Shown here: positions 9,089-18,111 of the stretch, in pieces | Layout: every line of letters begins with the position of its first letter | How positions within the stretch are numbered: position 1 is the first letter of the stretch | DNA from: an uncultured Candidatus Saccharibacteria bacterium | Lineage (GTDB): Bacteria > Patescibacteriota > Minisyncoccia > Phycocordibacterales > UBA2100 | NCBI GenBank assembly: GCA_964586255.1 | Contig: CAZPGE010000003.1 | Coordinates: forward strand, 2,537-66,536 | DNA length: 64,000 nucleotides | Direction: 5' to 3' | Program-made: the position numbers and the translations under genes | The notes under the pieces: generated by a model | Database searches by the model: none | What the model was told of the DNA's origin: nothing | What the model saw: the letters and a program-made list of their open reading frames with translations, nothing else

Positions 9089-10248
9089 AGCCAGTCTTCA
9101 CGGTGAGCGGCTTTCTCATAATCGCCGCATGTGCTTTTGCGCTTATATTTTTTGCTGATGTTCGCTCTGCGCATAGTGAAGCCCAGCGCATCGTGGAGAT
9201 TTGCTCAGGAGAATCAGCACATGCCGAGTGTTACGAACGGGAGGTTCCGAGATTGCTTCCCGACTATTCACTCACGCAGGCCTTCGACGTCATACGTCAG
9301 ATTCGGTTAATCGACCCTGCGTACCAATTTTGTCACGTGCTTGCGCATAAACTCGGAGAGAGAGTCGTCGCTGAAGACCCCGACAAATGGATAGATGCCA
9401 TCCCGCTCAATCCGACGGATGGCCTGTGTTCAAATGGATATATTCACGGGGTGTTGGGTGGCCGATTTCGAGCAGAGGTTCTTGAACCGGCGGCTCTCAG
9501 AAAACTCATACCAGACTTCACGAGAGCATGCGCGTCGAGGAAAGAGTGGCGCTCCAGCGAACTGGACCGCGCCATATGCAGCCACGGCATGGGGCATCTC
9601 TATATGTTTATCACCGATGCGGACATTCCGCTTTCCCTTTCGCTTTGTGAAGACACGATGCCTGAGCAGCTGAGGCGCGTATGCCGCGAGGGTGTATACA
9701 TGCAAATTTATCAGCCGCTCGAACCGGATGACTATCTACTCATTGAGCGCATGCCCATAAAGCCGACGAAAGAAACACTCCGTTCCTTCTGTGCACGATA
9801 CACGAAAGATGAGTATGAGGGCGCATGTCTGCGAGAGGGCTGGCCATTTTTCCGAGAAGAGCTAAAGACTGGCGAAGGCATAACGAAATTTTGCTCAGGC
9901 CAGCCAAATGACCGAGAAGAGATAGCGTGCTTCGAATCCACGCTCGCACTCTCGGGCAGATTCAATCTAGGGAATCAGGCCAAGGCGCTCTCGCTGTGCA
10001 ACGAGGTTGCGGATAAATGGAAGGCGATGTGTTATTCGAGTGCGGCACGCGCGATACTTGAAGAGGACAGGGCAGAAGGGAAAAAGGCTGTCGCATTTTG
10101 TAAGAGCGCGGCAAACGATCAGCAAGACGAGTGTCTCGGGCAGCTTGCAGACACTGCCAGCTTCGTTTTCGGCAACTCCTCCGAACAGAAAAGGTTTTGT
10201 TCTCTCCTCCCAGTCCAGCTTAAGGAGCGTTGCCTGGGACAGCCATAG
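9085..10248 (+). CDS. N-terminally anchored Cys/His-rich repeat protein (family member 3)
   Basis: ATGA overlap with the upstream gene. TM helix (FLIIAACAFALIFFA). Motifs include QFCHVLAHKLGE, CSNGYIHGVLGG and ICSHGMGHLYMF. Confidence 0.7.
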   Translation: MKPVFTVSGFLIIAACAFALIFFADVRSAHSEAQRIVEICSGESAHAECYEREVPRLLPDYSLTQAFDVIRQIRLIDPAYQFCHVLAHKLGERVVAEDPDKWIDAIPLNPTDGLCSNGYIHGVLGGRFRAEVLEPAALRKLIPDFTRACASRKEWRSSELDRAICSHGMGHLYMFITDADIPLSLSLCEDTMPEQLRRVCREGVYMQIYQPLEPDDYLLIERMPIKPTKETLRSFCARYTKDEYEGACLREGWPFFREELKTGEGITKFCSGQPNDREEIACFESTLALSGRFNLGNQAKALSLCNEVADKWKAMCYSSAARAILEEDRAEGKKAVAFCKSAANDQQDECLGQLADTASFVFGNSSEQKRFCSLLPVQLKERCLGQP

Positions 10249-10260
10249 ACGACGTCGATC

Positions 10261-11943
10261 CTAGAATTTCGCTCCTTCGTGAACTAGGAACTCACGCAGG
10301 TCGTGGGCGATGCGATCGCGGTGTTCGTCAAAGCGTATGTCCGAGTACGTGACAAGGGCGGGGAGAGTACCGTTACTTGTAGAGCGCGCCTTAGGTGTGA
10401 TGTACAGCATTTCTCTCGAAGTATCTGAGGCGAGAAGAAGTGTTGGGAATGCAGCGTGTGTGAGAAATAGCGTTTGCGCACTGAGGTCATGAGGTGCTCC
10501 CTCCGCATACGTATCAAGATTGTTTTGTGTAATACGTACGATATTGGCAACAATTAAATCGAGTCCCGCAGACCCACTGCTCCATAGAAGCACAATTTCC
10601 TCAAGCTCACGGAGTTCTCCTGGAGAATTCGCTTGCGTCAGCACTTCGATAAGTGCTTCGCGTGTGTACACATATGCGTCTGACTCGTACCATACGTCAC
10701 CGGTAGAAAGGAGCGCTGAGCGATACGTGCGTGCAATTTCAGGGTGACGCTCCGCGAACTTTGCGCTAGCGCGCACCGCCTTTGCTCTCGTAAGATCCGT
10801 GCCGACATCGGGGCACAGATAGAACATCGTGGGGTTAATACGACTGAAACGCATGTCGTACTTTTTAGCGAGATATTGCAGCATTGGCGCCTTCGTATTT
10901 TCTGTGGGAGAAAAGATCACATCACCCACATACCACAGCGGAGCGATACCTAGGGGCTCCTCATTTCCTACAATGACGACATGGGGGTGGGGTAGTTCGC
11001 GAAGGCACACACTTTGCGTGAGGACAATGGGAGTCGAATTAGTAAATATGGGGGACGCCCTTTTTGTGAAGGTCTCGGCGTACAGCGTTCTCACCGAATC
11101 TATTAGAGTCCGGGACGCAGTGGATACACGCGGCGTCTTTGCGGCCGAAAGTGGAAATGCACGGCCAAGTATGAGCGAATCGGGATAACAATTCTCGATG
11201 CGGCCTTTCAGGCATGCATCGAGTTCCTGCGACTGACTTCCGAGTCTCTCAAACTCGCTCTCTATGCTGCGCGAAGTATCCAGCATGCTTTGGACTGAAA
11301 TGCTGCCACCGAATCCCTGGAATTGAGCCTTCTTTCCTGCCGTTATGAGCTCGTATGTCTTACGGAAATACGTACTGTCTTGGCGGCCAGCGGCGAGCGC
11401 GCGTCTTAGAGACGCATGATACAAGTCTCCATCTGTATCCGTACCGGATGCAATAAATGTACGCCGCGCTTTCTCAAGCTCAGCAAGCGACAATAAAAAG
11501 TGAATCGGATAGAGGCTGCGTATGGCAGATGTTTCCTGTGCGGTCATTTGTACACCCGCCAACTCATCCATGACTTCAGCGAGTTGGTGTGTAGAATCTT
11601 CAAGAAGTTGCGGGTCGCTTCCGGCAGCACTTAAAAGCGGTGCGCGACTCGCAAGCGTACGCGCGTAAGCAAGACGAAGAGCATTTCGGGCCGCAGTCGT
11701 AGATGTTCTCATGCCGTCCTCAGCTTCGACAAGACCGCCATGAATTCTGAACGATTTCCCTCGATACACGACGACCTCCTCTGTGCTCATCGTTTGAAGC
11801 ACAGAAGAGAAAAATGTGTCTGCGGCAGCCTGTTCATGTCGGTATCGGACGGCCGAAGAGATGGCACTCGCGGCTGCGAGGCCGAGAATAGCGTAGGCGA
11901 TATACGTGCGAATCCGGGTACTCATGGCACTGTAAGCATACAT
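10261..11943 (-). CDS. Large N-terminally anchored hypothetical protein (paralogue A)
   Basis: 560 aa. N-terminal TM helix. Shares length, architecture and motifs (ALRLAYA...; HFLLSLAELEKARRTF versus DFLEELANLEVARRQF) with 11977..13650. Confidence 0.6.
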   Translation of the reverse strand: MYAYSAMSTRIRTYIAYAILGLAAASAISSAVRYRHEQAAADTFFSSVLQTMSTEEVVVYRGKSFRIHGGLVEAEDGMRTSTTAARNALRLAYARTLASRAPLLSAAGSDPQLLEDSTHQLAEVMDELAGVQMTAQETSAIRSLYPIHFLLSLAELEKARRTFIASGTDTDGDLYHASLRRALAAGRQDSTYFRKTYELITAGKKAQFQGFGGSISVQSMLDTSRSIESEFERLGSQSQELDACLKGRIENCYPDSLILGRAFPLSAAKTPRVSTASRTLIDSVRTLYAETFTKRASPIFTNSTPIVLTQSVCLRELPHPHVVIVGNEEPLGIAPLWYVGDVIFSPTENTKAPMLQYLAKKYDMRFSRINPTMFYLCPDVGTDLTRAKAVRASAKFAERHPEIARTYRSALLSTGDVWYESDAYVYTREALIEVLTQANSPGELRELEEIVLLWSSGSAGLDLIVANIVRITQNNLDTYAEGAPHDLSAQTLFLTHAAFPTLLLASDTSREMLYITPKARSTSNGTLPALVTYSDIRFDEHRDRIAHDLREFLVHEGAKF

Positions 11944-11976
11944 TTTTTCCCGTCTTCGGGCACTTTTCCCCTAAGG

Positions 11977-13650
11977 TCAGTTTGTATCGAGATCGAATGA
12001 GCGAAAGAACCGCATGTATGAAATAGCGTCGGTCGTGGACAGAGTCTCATTCGAGAGTTCGGAGAGCAGCGCATATGGTTGCACGTCGGCAGACAAGGTA
12101 TTTGCTGGGAAGATTTGGTCGGTACCGTGTAAGGTGATGTTGAGAGAATTCGGCACGAGAGATAAGAAACCGCTTCGCGCAAAAAATAAATATGTCGCAT
12201 CAAAATCAATCGCTGCTTCGGGGGGGAAATGCAAATGCTTGGTCTCGTATGTATTGATGTCGCGCACCACACCCAGGATTCCGTCGCTCTTTGTGCGCAT
12301 GCGGAGCCACAACGAGCGAACATCATGCGAAATGGACTCCGGGAAGTCTGGGCTTTCCGAAAGTGTCCGCGCGTAGGTGAGATATGTCTCGACGTCGGCT
12401 GTTGTGATTATGTAAGCGGAGGCAAACGTGTTCTCAAGGCGCTCGAGCTCGGTGGCAAGGTTTCCTGAAGCCCTCATACTCAAGGTCTGGCGCAATGCAA
12501 AGTCCTTCACGGCATACGCTGCCATTACAGTCCCGAGGTCTGCTTGGGCCCCCACACATTCATAGTACGAGAGCGAGCTCATGTACACATACGGAATATG
12601 ATGAGCCGCAAAATATCCTATATACGGCAGTCCCGCGTATGGAGCACTTTCTACAAAGAGAATGTCTCCCACAAAAAGAGGTGAGGGTAGGGTTCCGCTG
12701 CCATTGTCTCGCATAGAAAAGAGTGGAGCCGTGCTGGAGTTCAGTGGCGTACATGCACTGTCGGGGAGTAGAAGTAGTTGCGAAGAGGTAAATCGGTAGC
12801 CGGAGCGCTCAAATATGTCGAGTGCACGTCCGGCGAATGTACGTGCCTCCGGATGCACAGGAGCAGCGAAGGTCGTCTGAAATTCTGGTAGGAGAATTTC
12901 AGTAGACGTGCATGCGCGGACGTGGCCTCGGAAGCATGTGAAGCGATTGCGCATGGAATTCGCTACATTGCCAGCATCTTTCTCGAGCTGGTCGAGTGCG
13001 TCAATAAAGTCGTCTCTACTCACGATTGATTGCGGGGTCGCAAAGCTTGGCGCGTCCAGAGGGACGGCCTTCTTAAACGCACGCTCAAATGCCGCGCGGT
13101 CTCTTTGAAAGGCATGAACCGTAGATAAGAGCTGAATTCGATAGCGCCTTGCGCTCTCGTCGTCGCCCACATTGAGGAATTGTCTTCTGGCCACTTCGAG
13201 ATTTGCAAGCTCTTCGAGAAAGTCGATGGGATACAAAAAGTGTTGTACAGAAAAAGTCTGATTGGAGCGTGTTTGTCGCACGGCCAGTTGTGATGCGGTA
13301 GAGCGGAGATTGGTTACGGAAGCTCGAAAGAAATCGATATCGATGTCGGGCAGCGCGAGTAGTGGATTGTTGCGCGCAGCGGATTTTTCGTACGCGAGTC
13401 GGAGTGCGGTGCGCTCTACTGCTCCCGCGACAGGCCCCGCTTCGTTCGCAACGGCGCCGAGCGATACGCGATAGGATACTCCGCGTATAGATACGGTCTC
13501 TTCGATGTGAGCATCTCGAAGAGCATTTGAAAAAAATGCCACCTCCGTGCGTTTTGCAGAGATTACTGAAACGAGGAGAACAAATCCGAAAAGTGCAAAG
13601 AAAAAAAGAGGGGCACGCACGAAGCGTTTCGACGCGAGACAAGCACGCAT
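11977..13650 (-). CDS. Large N-terminally anchored hypothetical protein (paralogue B)
   Basis: 557 aa. N-terminal TM helix (LFFFALFGFVLLVSVI). Tandem paralogue of 10261..11943. Confidence 0.6.
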   Translation of the reverse strand: MRACLASKRFVRAPLFFFALFGFVLLVSVISAKRTEVAFFSNALRDAHIEETVSIRGVSYRVSLGAVANEAGPVAGAVERTALRLAYEKSAARNNPLLALPDIDIDFFRASVTNLRSTASQLAVRQTRSNQTFSVQHFLYPIDFLEELANLEVARRQFLNVGDDESARRYRIQLLSTVHAFQRDRAAFERAFKKAVPLDAPSFATPQSIVSRDDFIDALDQLEKDAGNVANSMRNRFTCFRGHVRACTSTEILLPEFQTTFAAPVHPEARTFAGRALDIFERSGYRFTSSQLLLLPDSACTPLNSSTAPLFSMRDNGSGTLPSPLFVGDILFVESAPYAGLPYIGYFAAHHIPYVYMSSLSYYECVGAQADLGTVMAAYAVKDFALRQTLSMRASGNLATELERLENTFASAYIITTADVETYLTYARTLSESPDFPESISHDVRSLWLRMRTKSDGILGVVRDINTYETKHLHFPPEAAIDFDATYLFFARSGFLSLVPNSLNITLHGTDQIFPANTLSADVQPYALLSELSNETLSTTDAISYMRFFRSFDLDTN

Positions 13651-13654
13651 TTCG

Positions 13655-13867
13655 TCAGTATATGCCCCCGCAGCTTATGAAGAAAATCTCGTCTTCGTAT
13701 GCGTCGGGAACGCATCGTGCCGCCGCTAAAGTGTTCCTGTCCGTATTACCCTCGGAGTGAGTAAACCAGCCATGCGTCGACGAGGTATCCCCATATACGA
13801 GTATCCCGATGATGCCAACGAAGCACCCGAAAAGGAATAATTTCAGTGTCCTCATGTGTACGACCAT
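13655..13867 (-). CDS. Small TM peptide ending ...EDEIFFISCGGIY (candidate precursor or substrate peptide)
   Basis: 70 aa with an N-terminal TM helix (LKLFLFGCFVGIIGILVY). Its C-terminus resembles that of 23586..23816 (...KMLFISCGGFLD). Lies immediately downstream of the PaaK-like gene 13931..15196. Confidence 0.45.
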   Translation of the reverse strand: MVVHMRTLKLFLFGCFVGIIGILVYGDTSSTHGWFTHSEGNTDRNTLAAARCVPDAYEDEIFFISCGGIY

Positions 13868-13930
13868 AGTTCTCTGTCAGTATATCGTCCGCGAGAAGAT
13901 TCGCTAGAAGAGAAGGTGCTCACGGAGTGC

Positions 13931-15196
13931 TCAATGCCGTACAATTCTTCGAATCTTTGTGCCCGGTACGAGTGTAAGGTGTTCACATGTAAGTGGCAGG
14001 TAACGCGCAGAGGCGACCCCCTCCGCGTACGACATGAAAGGCCCGACGCGTATGAGCGACGAAATATCGGCGGCAAACACATCAAGTTTTACATCGGCAC
14101 GCAATTCGATATGGAGGGCGAACTTTAACTGTGGGCCAGACGGAGTTTCAACCTCGGAATAGTGGAGCTCAAACACATCTGAAACCTGCGAGGGGAATAG
14201 TCTGAGCACGCGCGCTATTTCGTCTGCACGCAACAAGCCACCGGGGATTTTAATGAAATCCATATCAGTGCGGCCAAGTACCGTAAATGACCACATCCCA
14301 TGTTCGTGACAGGGCGCCTCCATGATGCGTATCGTGTCACCGATGCGGAAACGAATAAGTGGAAAGGATGCCGGCTCTCCGGGGTATGTCGTAACTAAGA
14401 GATCACCTTCCGCGCCCACGCTCGGCTCGATGATGTTGCCGCTCTCGGCGTCGAGCAGTTCCAAGTAGTGTGTCTCTTTCGGGTGGTAATGGGCGATTGG
14501 TTCAAGAAGTGTAAGTGGTCGACATGGCATGCCCATATGCGCATCCTCGATTTCGCTTGAATTGTACGATTGTACGATAGTGGCATTGGGGAATGTATCG
14601 TGCATGTACTGTATTTGTGCACGGCTGCACACCTCCCCGGTCACTTCAATAAATCGAATTTCCGTATTGTTACCGAGCGCCTTCATTTCTTCTCCGATAT
14701 CGCGCACGTGGTATACAAATGCCGAAAATGCGTCTGCACCCGCCGCTTGCGCGAGTCTCGCCGACGCGCGCGGCTCTCTCGGGTCGAGGCATAGTACGTG
14801 CGGGGAACCGCCGTGCTCCTTTTGAAACGTTTCGTGCCAATGGGGCATCAAGGGTACGGTGAATGCCAGGAATGGTCTCTTGAAGTCATGGAAACGGAGT
14901 CGGTAGTCCATGCCTCGCACGTGCGTGCGAGGGGAAAAGAGTGGAATTTTGCCGCTTGTGCCGGACGATGCGCGCACGTGGTCAAGATTGGAAAGTGGAA
15001 TGAAGGATCGTTCCGCGAGTGCTTTGCGGGCAAGTGCGTCCTTTGTGAGAATCGGAAGCGCGCGCCAGCCGTCCATATCTTGGAGGTCGAGCGCAGGGGC
15101 ATCATGCGATAGACCATACAACTCGCGATAGAACGTGTTGTTGCCTGACCGTGTCGCGCGAGCAGCCAGGGCGTACAGGTCTTTTTGGGAAAGCAT
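13931..15196 (-). CDS. Adenylate-forming enzyme of the PaaK / coenzyme-F390-synthetase-like (ANL) family
   Basis: P-loop SSGTSGKIPLF, A7-like LIRFRIGDT, hinge-region GRTDMDFIKIPGG. 421 aa. Confidence 0.7.
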   Translation of the reverse strand: MLSQKDLYALAARATRSGNNTFYRELYGLSHDAPALDLQDMDGWRALPILTKDALARKALAERSFIPLSNLDHVRASSGTSGKIPLFSPRTHVRGMDYRLRFHDFKRPFLAFTVPLMPHWHETFQKEHGGSPHVLCLDPREPRASARLAQAAGADAFSAFVYHVRDIGEEMKALGNNTEIRFIEVTGEVCSRAQIQYMHDTFPNATIVQSYNSSEIEDAHMGMPCRPLTLLEPIAHYHPKETHYLELLDAESGNIIEPSVGAEGDLLVTTYPGEPASFPLIRFRIGDTIRIMEAPCHEHGMWSFTVLGRTDMDFIKIPGGLLRADEIARVLRLFPSQVSDVFELHYSEVETPSGPQLKFALHIELRADVKLDVFAADISSLIRVGPFMSYAEGVASARYLPLTCEHLTLVPGTKIRRIVRH

Positions 15197-15249
15197 ACTT
15201 GAAAACTATCGCACGCTCTCCCTGCTACCACAATTGCGGATGACCCTCT

Positions 15250-16302
15250 GTGTTCTATAATCACGTTATGCAAATGAACTGGATACGGGCAATCGTAGCC
15301 GTCGTGGTGATTGGGCTAGCCGCGTACGCCATATTCTTCCACAAAGCGACAGGAAGTGATGCGTCAGGTGCGTCGCGCACGGTGACGTGGCTTCTCTCAC
15401 ATCAGCCTACTGACGTCTTTGCCCGCGCAGCCGATGTGTTCGACGAGACTCTCCAAAGAGAGAGCGGAGGGAGTCTTTCTCTCGTACTCATGAAGCCCGA
15501 AGATATTGGAGTTGAAAAAGGCGACGTACCGCATGCAAAAGTGCTTGAGCAACTGAGTTTGGGCACTGCCGATATTGCCTCGGTCTATACCATACCGCTG
15601 GGGAATGAGTACCAGGATTTTCAGATGCTCAACCTGCCGTTCCTCTTCGGCTCATATGAAGAGGCGAATGCCTCGCTCGACGGAGCTGCATTATCGATTC
15701 TTGATACGCGCATGGACAACGTGAGGGGGCTCGCGTTCACTATGAGCGGAGGGCTACGCATCATTGCGTCGAGGAATACGGATATCCGAAAGATGAGCGA
15801 CCTGAAAGGTAAGCGCATTGCGACATCAGGCGGCGCTGTCGCGGAAGCGACCCTTGTGGCGCTTGGCGCCATTCCCGTGCCTCTTGATCTCGAGAATGAT
15901 GGTTCACGCGATTTTTCTTCCATCGATGGCGTAGAGACTACATATGCTCGCCTCTCGACGGCGCTTGGCTCAAACACTGCATTTACTTCACATATAAACG
16001 AGACAAATCACAGTGTGTTTCTCACGGCGATTATCGCGAGCGATACATTCTTCGATTCACTGACGCCCGTCGAGCAAGCGGCGCTCATCTCTGCGGCTCG
16101 TGCCGCGGCGAAAGTCGAACGGCAGGACTCTATCGCACTCAACGCCACGGTAAAAGAGGCGCTTCGTGCGAAAGGGAGCACTGTGAACGAAATATCTCCC
16201 GTGTCTCATCAGGAATTCGTGAACGCAACGAAGGCCGTATACCGGGAGTTTATGTCCCGCTTTTCACCGGATGTCTATGATGCGGTAGTGGGGGAGCGCT
16301 GA
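15250..16302 (+). CDS. Membrane-anchored TRAP-type (DctP-family-like) solute-binding protein, orphan (no DctQ/DctM nearby)
   Basis: N-terminal TM helix. Segments NLPFLFGSYEEANASLDG, DLKGKRIATSGG and ALGAIPVPLDLEN match the DctP fold consensus as I recall it. Confidence 0.55.
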   Translation: MFYNHVMQMNWIRAIVAVVVIGLAAYAIFFHKATGSDASGASRTVTWLLSHQPTDVFARAADVFDETLQRESGGSLSLVLMKPEDIGVEKGDVPHAKVLEQLSLGTADIASVYTIPLGNEYQDFQMLNLPFLFGSYEEANASLDGAALSILDTRMDNVRGLAFTMSGGLRIIASRNTDIRKMSDLKGKRIATSGGAVAEATLVALGAIPVPLDLENDGSRDFSSIDGVETTYARLSTALGSNTAFTSHINETNHSVFLTAIIASDTFFDSLTPVEQAALISAARAAAKVERQDSIALNATVKEALRAKGSTVNEISPVSHQEFVNATKAVYREFMSRFSPDVYDAVVGER

Positions 16303-17099
16303 GCGTTCTGCGCCCGGACAATTGTTTTCCCACAGACGCAGAGCCCCACTTCATCTGTGGTCAGACTGGTTTCGTAACGTATGAGGGGCAGTGGATCATC
16401 AATGTGGCCCGTGACGAGTGCATTGGTCCCGTGTTCCCAGGTGTACCCTGCGCCGACATGAAAGGAGAATTCTTTTCCTGCGATGTGTGCACACTGTTCG
16501 AGAACGGGCACCCCGGGTATTAGATGAATCTCTTGTACGAGTGTACGAGCCGAGTTCGTCAGTGCGGGTACGAGTGGCACCATGGAATCGCTTTTCTGTA
16601 CGATGTGCCATGTATCAGGAAATGAGAGACCGTTCACCATAAGAAATGTTGCGAACTCATTTGCGTCTGCAGCGTCTGTGACCACGACCGCAACTGATGA
16701 GCGAAGTATCGCCATCGCCCCGAGGGGCATGTTCCCCTTGTCGTTAACAAAAATAAAAAGACCTTGCTTGTTACACGCTGAAAAAAGCGGGATTTCGACT
16801 TGCCAAAAAAGCGGCAGGCGGACCATCAGCCCACGGCCCTCGTGATCGGCCAGCGTCCTCTCTATCGAGTCCCATCGCCATGATTCTGCGCGAGGGAATA
16901 TGGTGAGCGATGAGTCGCTGGGTGAAAACGAGCTCGGAACGTAGCGTCCTCGTAGGGATTGTGTATGCGTCAAAACTTTCTTTAATGAAATCGCAAGCGT
17001 CTCTGGCGTCATCTGTCGCTCCTCAATCTCTACGCCAGCACGTGCCCATTTCGCGCGCTCCGCAGCCGCTGCCTGTGAAATTCCTACGTCGTCCTGCAT
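16275..17099 (-). CDS. P-loop-less PaaK-like paralogue (degenerate adenylate-forming-enzyme homologue)
   Basis: Ends with a PaaK A7-like region (PLPLIRYETSLTTDEVGLCVCGK) but has no SxGTTG P-loop and no C-terminal subdomain. Same architecture as 24968..25750. Confidence 0.5.
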   Translation of the reverse strand: MQDDVGISQAAAAERAKWARAGVEIEERQMTPETLAISLKKVLTHTQSLRGRYVPSSFSPSDSSLTIFPRAESWRWDSIERTLADHEGRGLMVRLPLFWQVEIPLFSACNKQGLFIFVNDKGNMPLGAMAILRSSVAVVVTDAADANEFATFLMVNGLSFPDTWHIVQKSDSMVPLVPALTNSARTLVQEIHLIPGVPVLEQCAHIAGKEFSFHVGAGYTWEHGTNALVTGHIDDPLPLIRYETSLTTDEVGLCVCGKTIVRAQNAQRSPTTAS

Positions 17100-17167
17100 A
17101 GCGCGAATCCTAGCATAGTGGTACTACGCAGCTCTGTGACACGGATGCACCGTGATTGTGGCGTCTG

Positions 17168-17635
17168 TTACATCGCTCCACCAAACAAGATCACGTCCGC
17201 ATTCGCGCGCTCCGCGCGCCACTTACGAGAAAGATCAACAGCAATAAGCATGCCAGGAGAAAGATCGGCGAGTGAGCCTGAGGCGGTCTCGGAGAAGCCC
17301 ACATACACTCCGTCGGAGGATATGAGACTTTGTCTGATAAAGAGGGTAACCTCGCTCACATCGATGGTGAGAGTCACATTTTCTTGTCCAGCTAAAATCT
17401 GATTTCTAAGAATTATGGTGAGTTGGTTTTTCGGAACATCGACACCGACGACTTCGGCGTGCCAAAGTGTCGAGCGTTGTGATAGAAGACTGCGCTCGGT
17501 CTCGTATTGAGCTACGAGCTTAGCGTATGTGCTTTGAAGGGTGTCATATGCATAACGATAGCTGAATGTTGCAAAAGCAAGTCCAGAGAGGCTCGCTGCA
17601 ATCACGACCACACCGGCAATATTCAGGATTTTCAT
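17168..17635 (-). CDS. Small N-terminally anchored hypothetical protein
   Basis: 155 aa. TM helix (IAGVVVIAASLSGLAFATF). Weak similarity to the adjacent 17632..18111 gene (VVGVDVPKNQLTIIL versus IVESVDLTQREITILV). Confidence 0.4.
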   Translation of the reverse strand: MKILNIAGVVVIAASLSGLAFATFSYRYAYDTLQSTYAKLVAQYETERSLLSQRSTLWHAEVVGVDVPKNQLTIILRNQILAGQENVTLTIDVSEVTLFIRQSLISSDGVYVGFSETASGSLADLSPGMLIAVDLSRKWRAERANADVILFGGAM

Positions 17636-18111
17636 AGATTCTCGGGGAGCGGTTTATTGACGACGAGTGAGAGCACTCTGAACGGGCCAGGATCTCGTTG
17701 GAGTCGAATCAAAGCGAGCAGTCCTCCTTGTGTTTTGCTGATATCGTATCGGGGAGTCTGGGCACGATCCAGGGTACTGGTGCTTTCCGCGATGCTGACA
17801 TTTGCAAAATTGTTTACGGCGTCGAAAGAAATCCTAAATGGCGCCCTCGCCTCCGGAAATCCGGGATACGCGACAAGAATGGTAATCTCTCTTTGAGTGA
17901 GGTCAACGCTCTCCACGATGCCGCGAATGCTAATGATTGACGTGGCGCTCTTTGGAGGTAATCCTCCCACCGTCCCCATCGATTCTATGAAGGGCGACAT
18001 CATAAAGTATGTGCTCAGTAGTCCGATGGCGCATCCACAAGTGATGCTCAGAATCGTGGTGCTTTGCATACACTCAAGTATATCGCGGTTGCGGATAAGG
18101 TAGGAAATCAT
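17632..18111 (-). CDS. Small N-terminally anchored hypothetical protein (possible paralogue of the previous gene)
   Basis: 159 aa. TM helix. Overlaps its neighbour by 4 nt. Confidence 0.4.
   Translation of the reverse strand: MISYLIRNRDILECMQSTTILSITCGCAIGLLSTYFMMSPFIESMGTVGGLPPKSATSIISIRGIVESVDLTQREITILVAYPGFPEARAPFRISFDAVNNFANVSIAESTSTLDRAQTPRYDISKTQGGLLALIRLQRDPGPFRVLSLVVNKPLPENL

Noticed and set aside
15250-16302. Complete TRAP transporter
   Set aside because: Only the DctP-like binding protein is present. No DctQ or DctM permease homologues could be recognised in the flanking ORFs, so it is annotated as an orphan binding protein.
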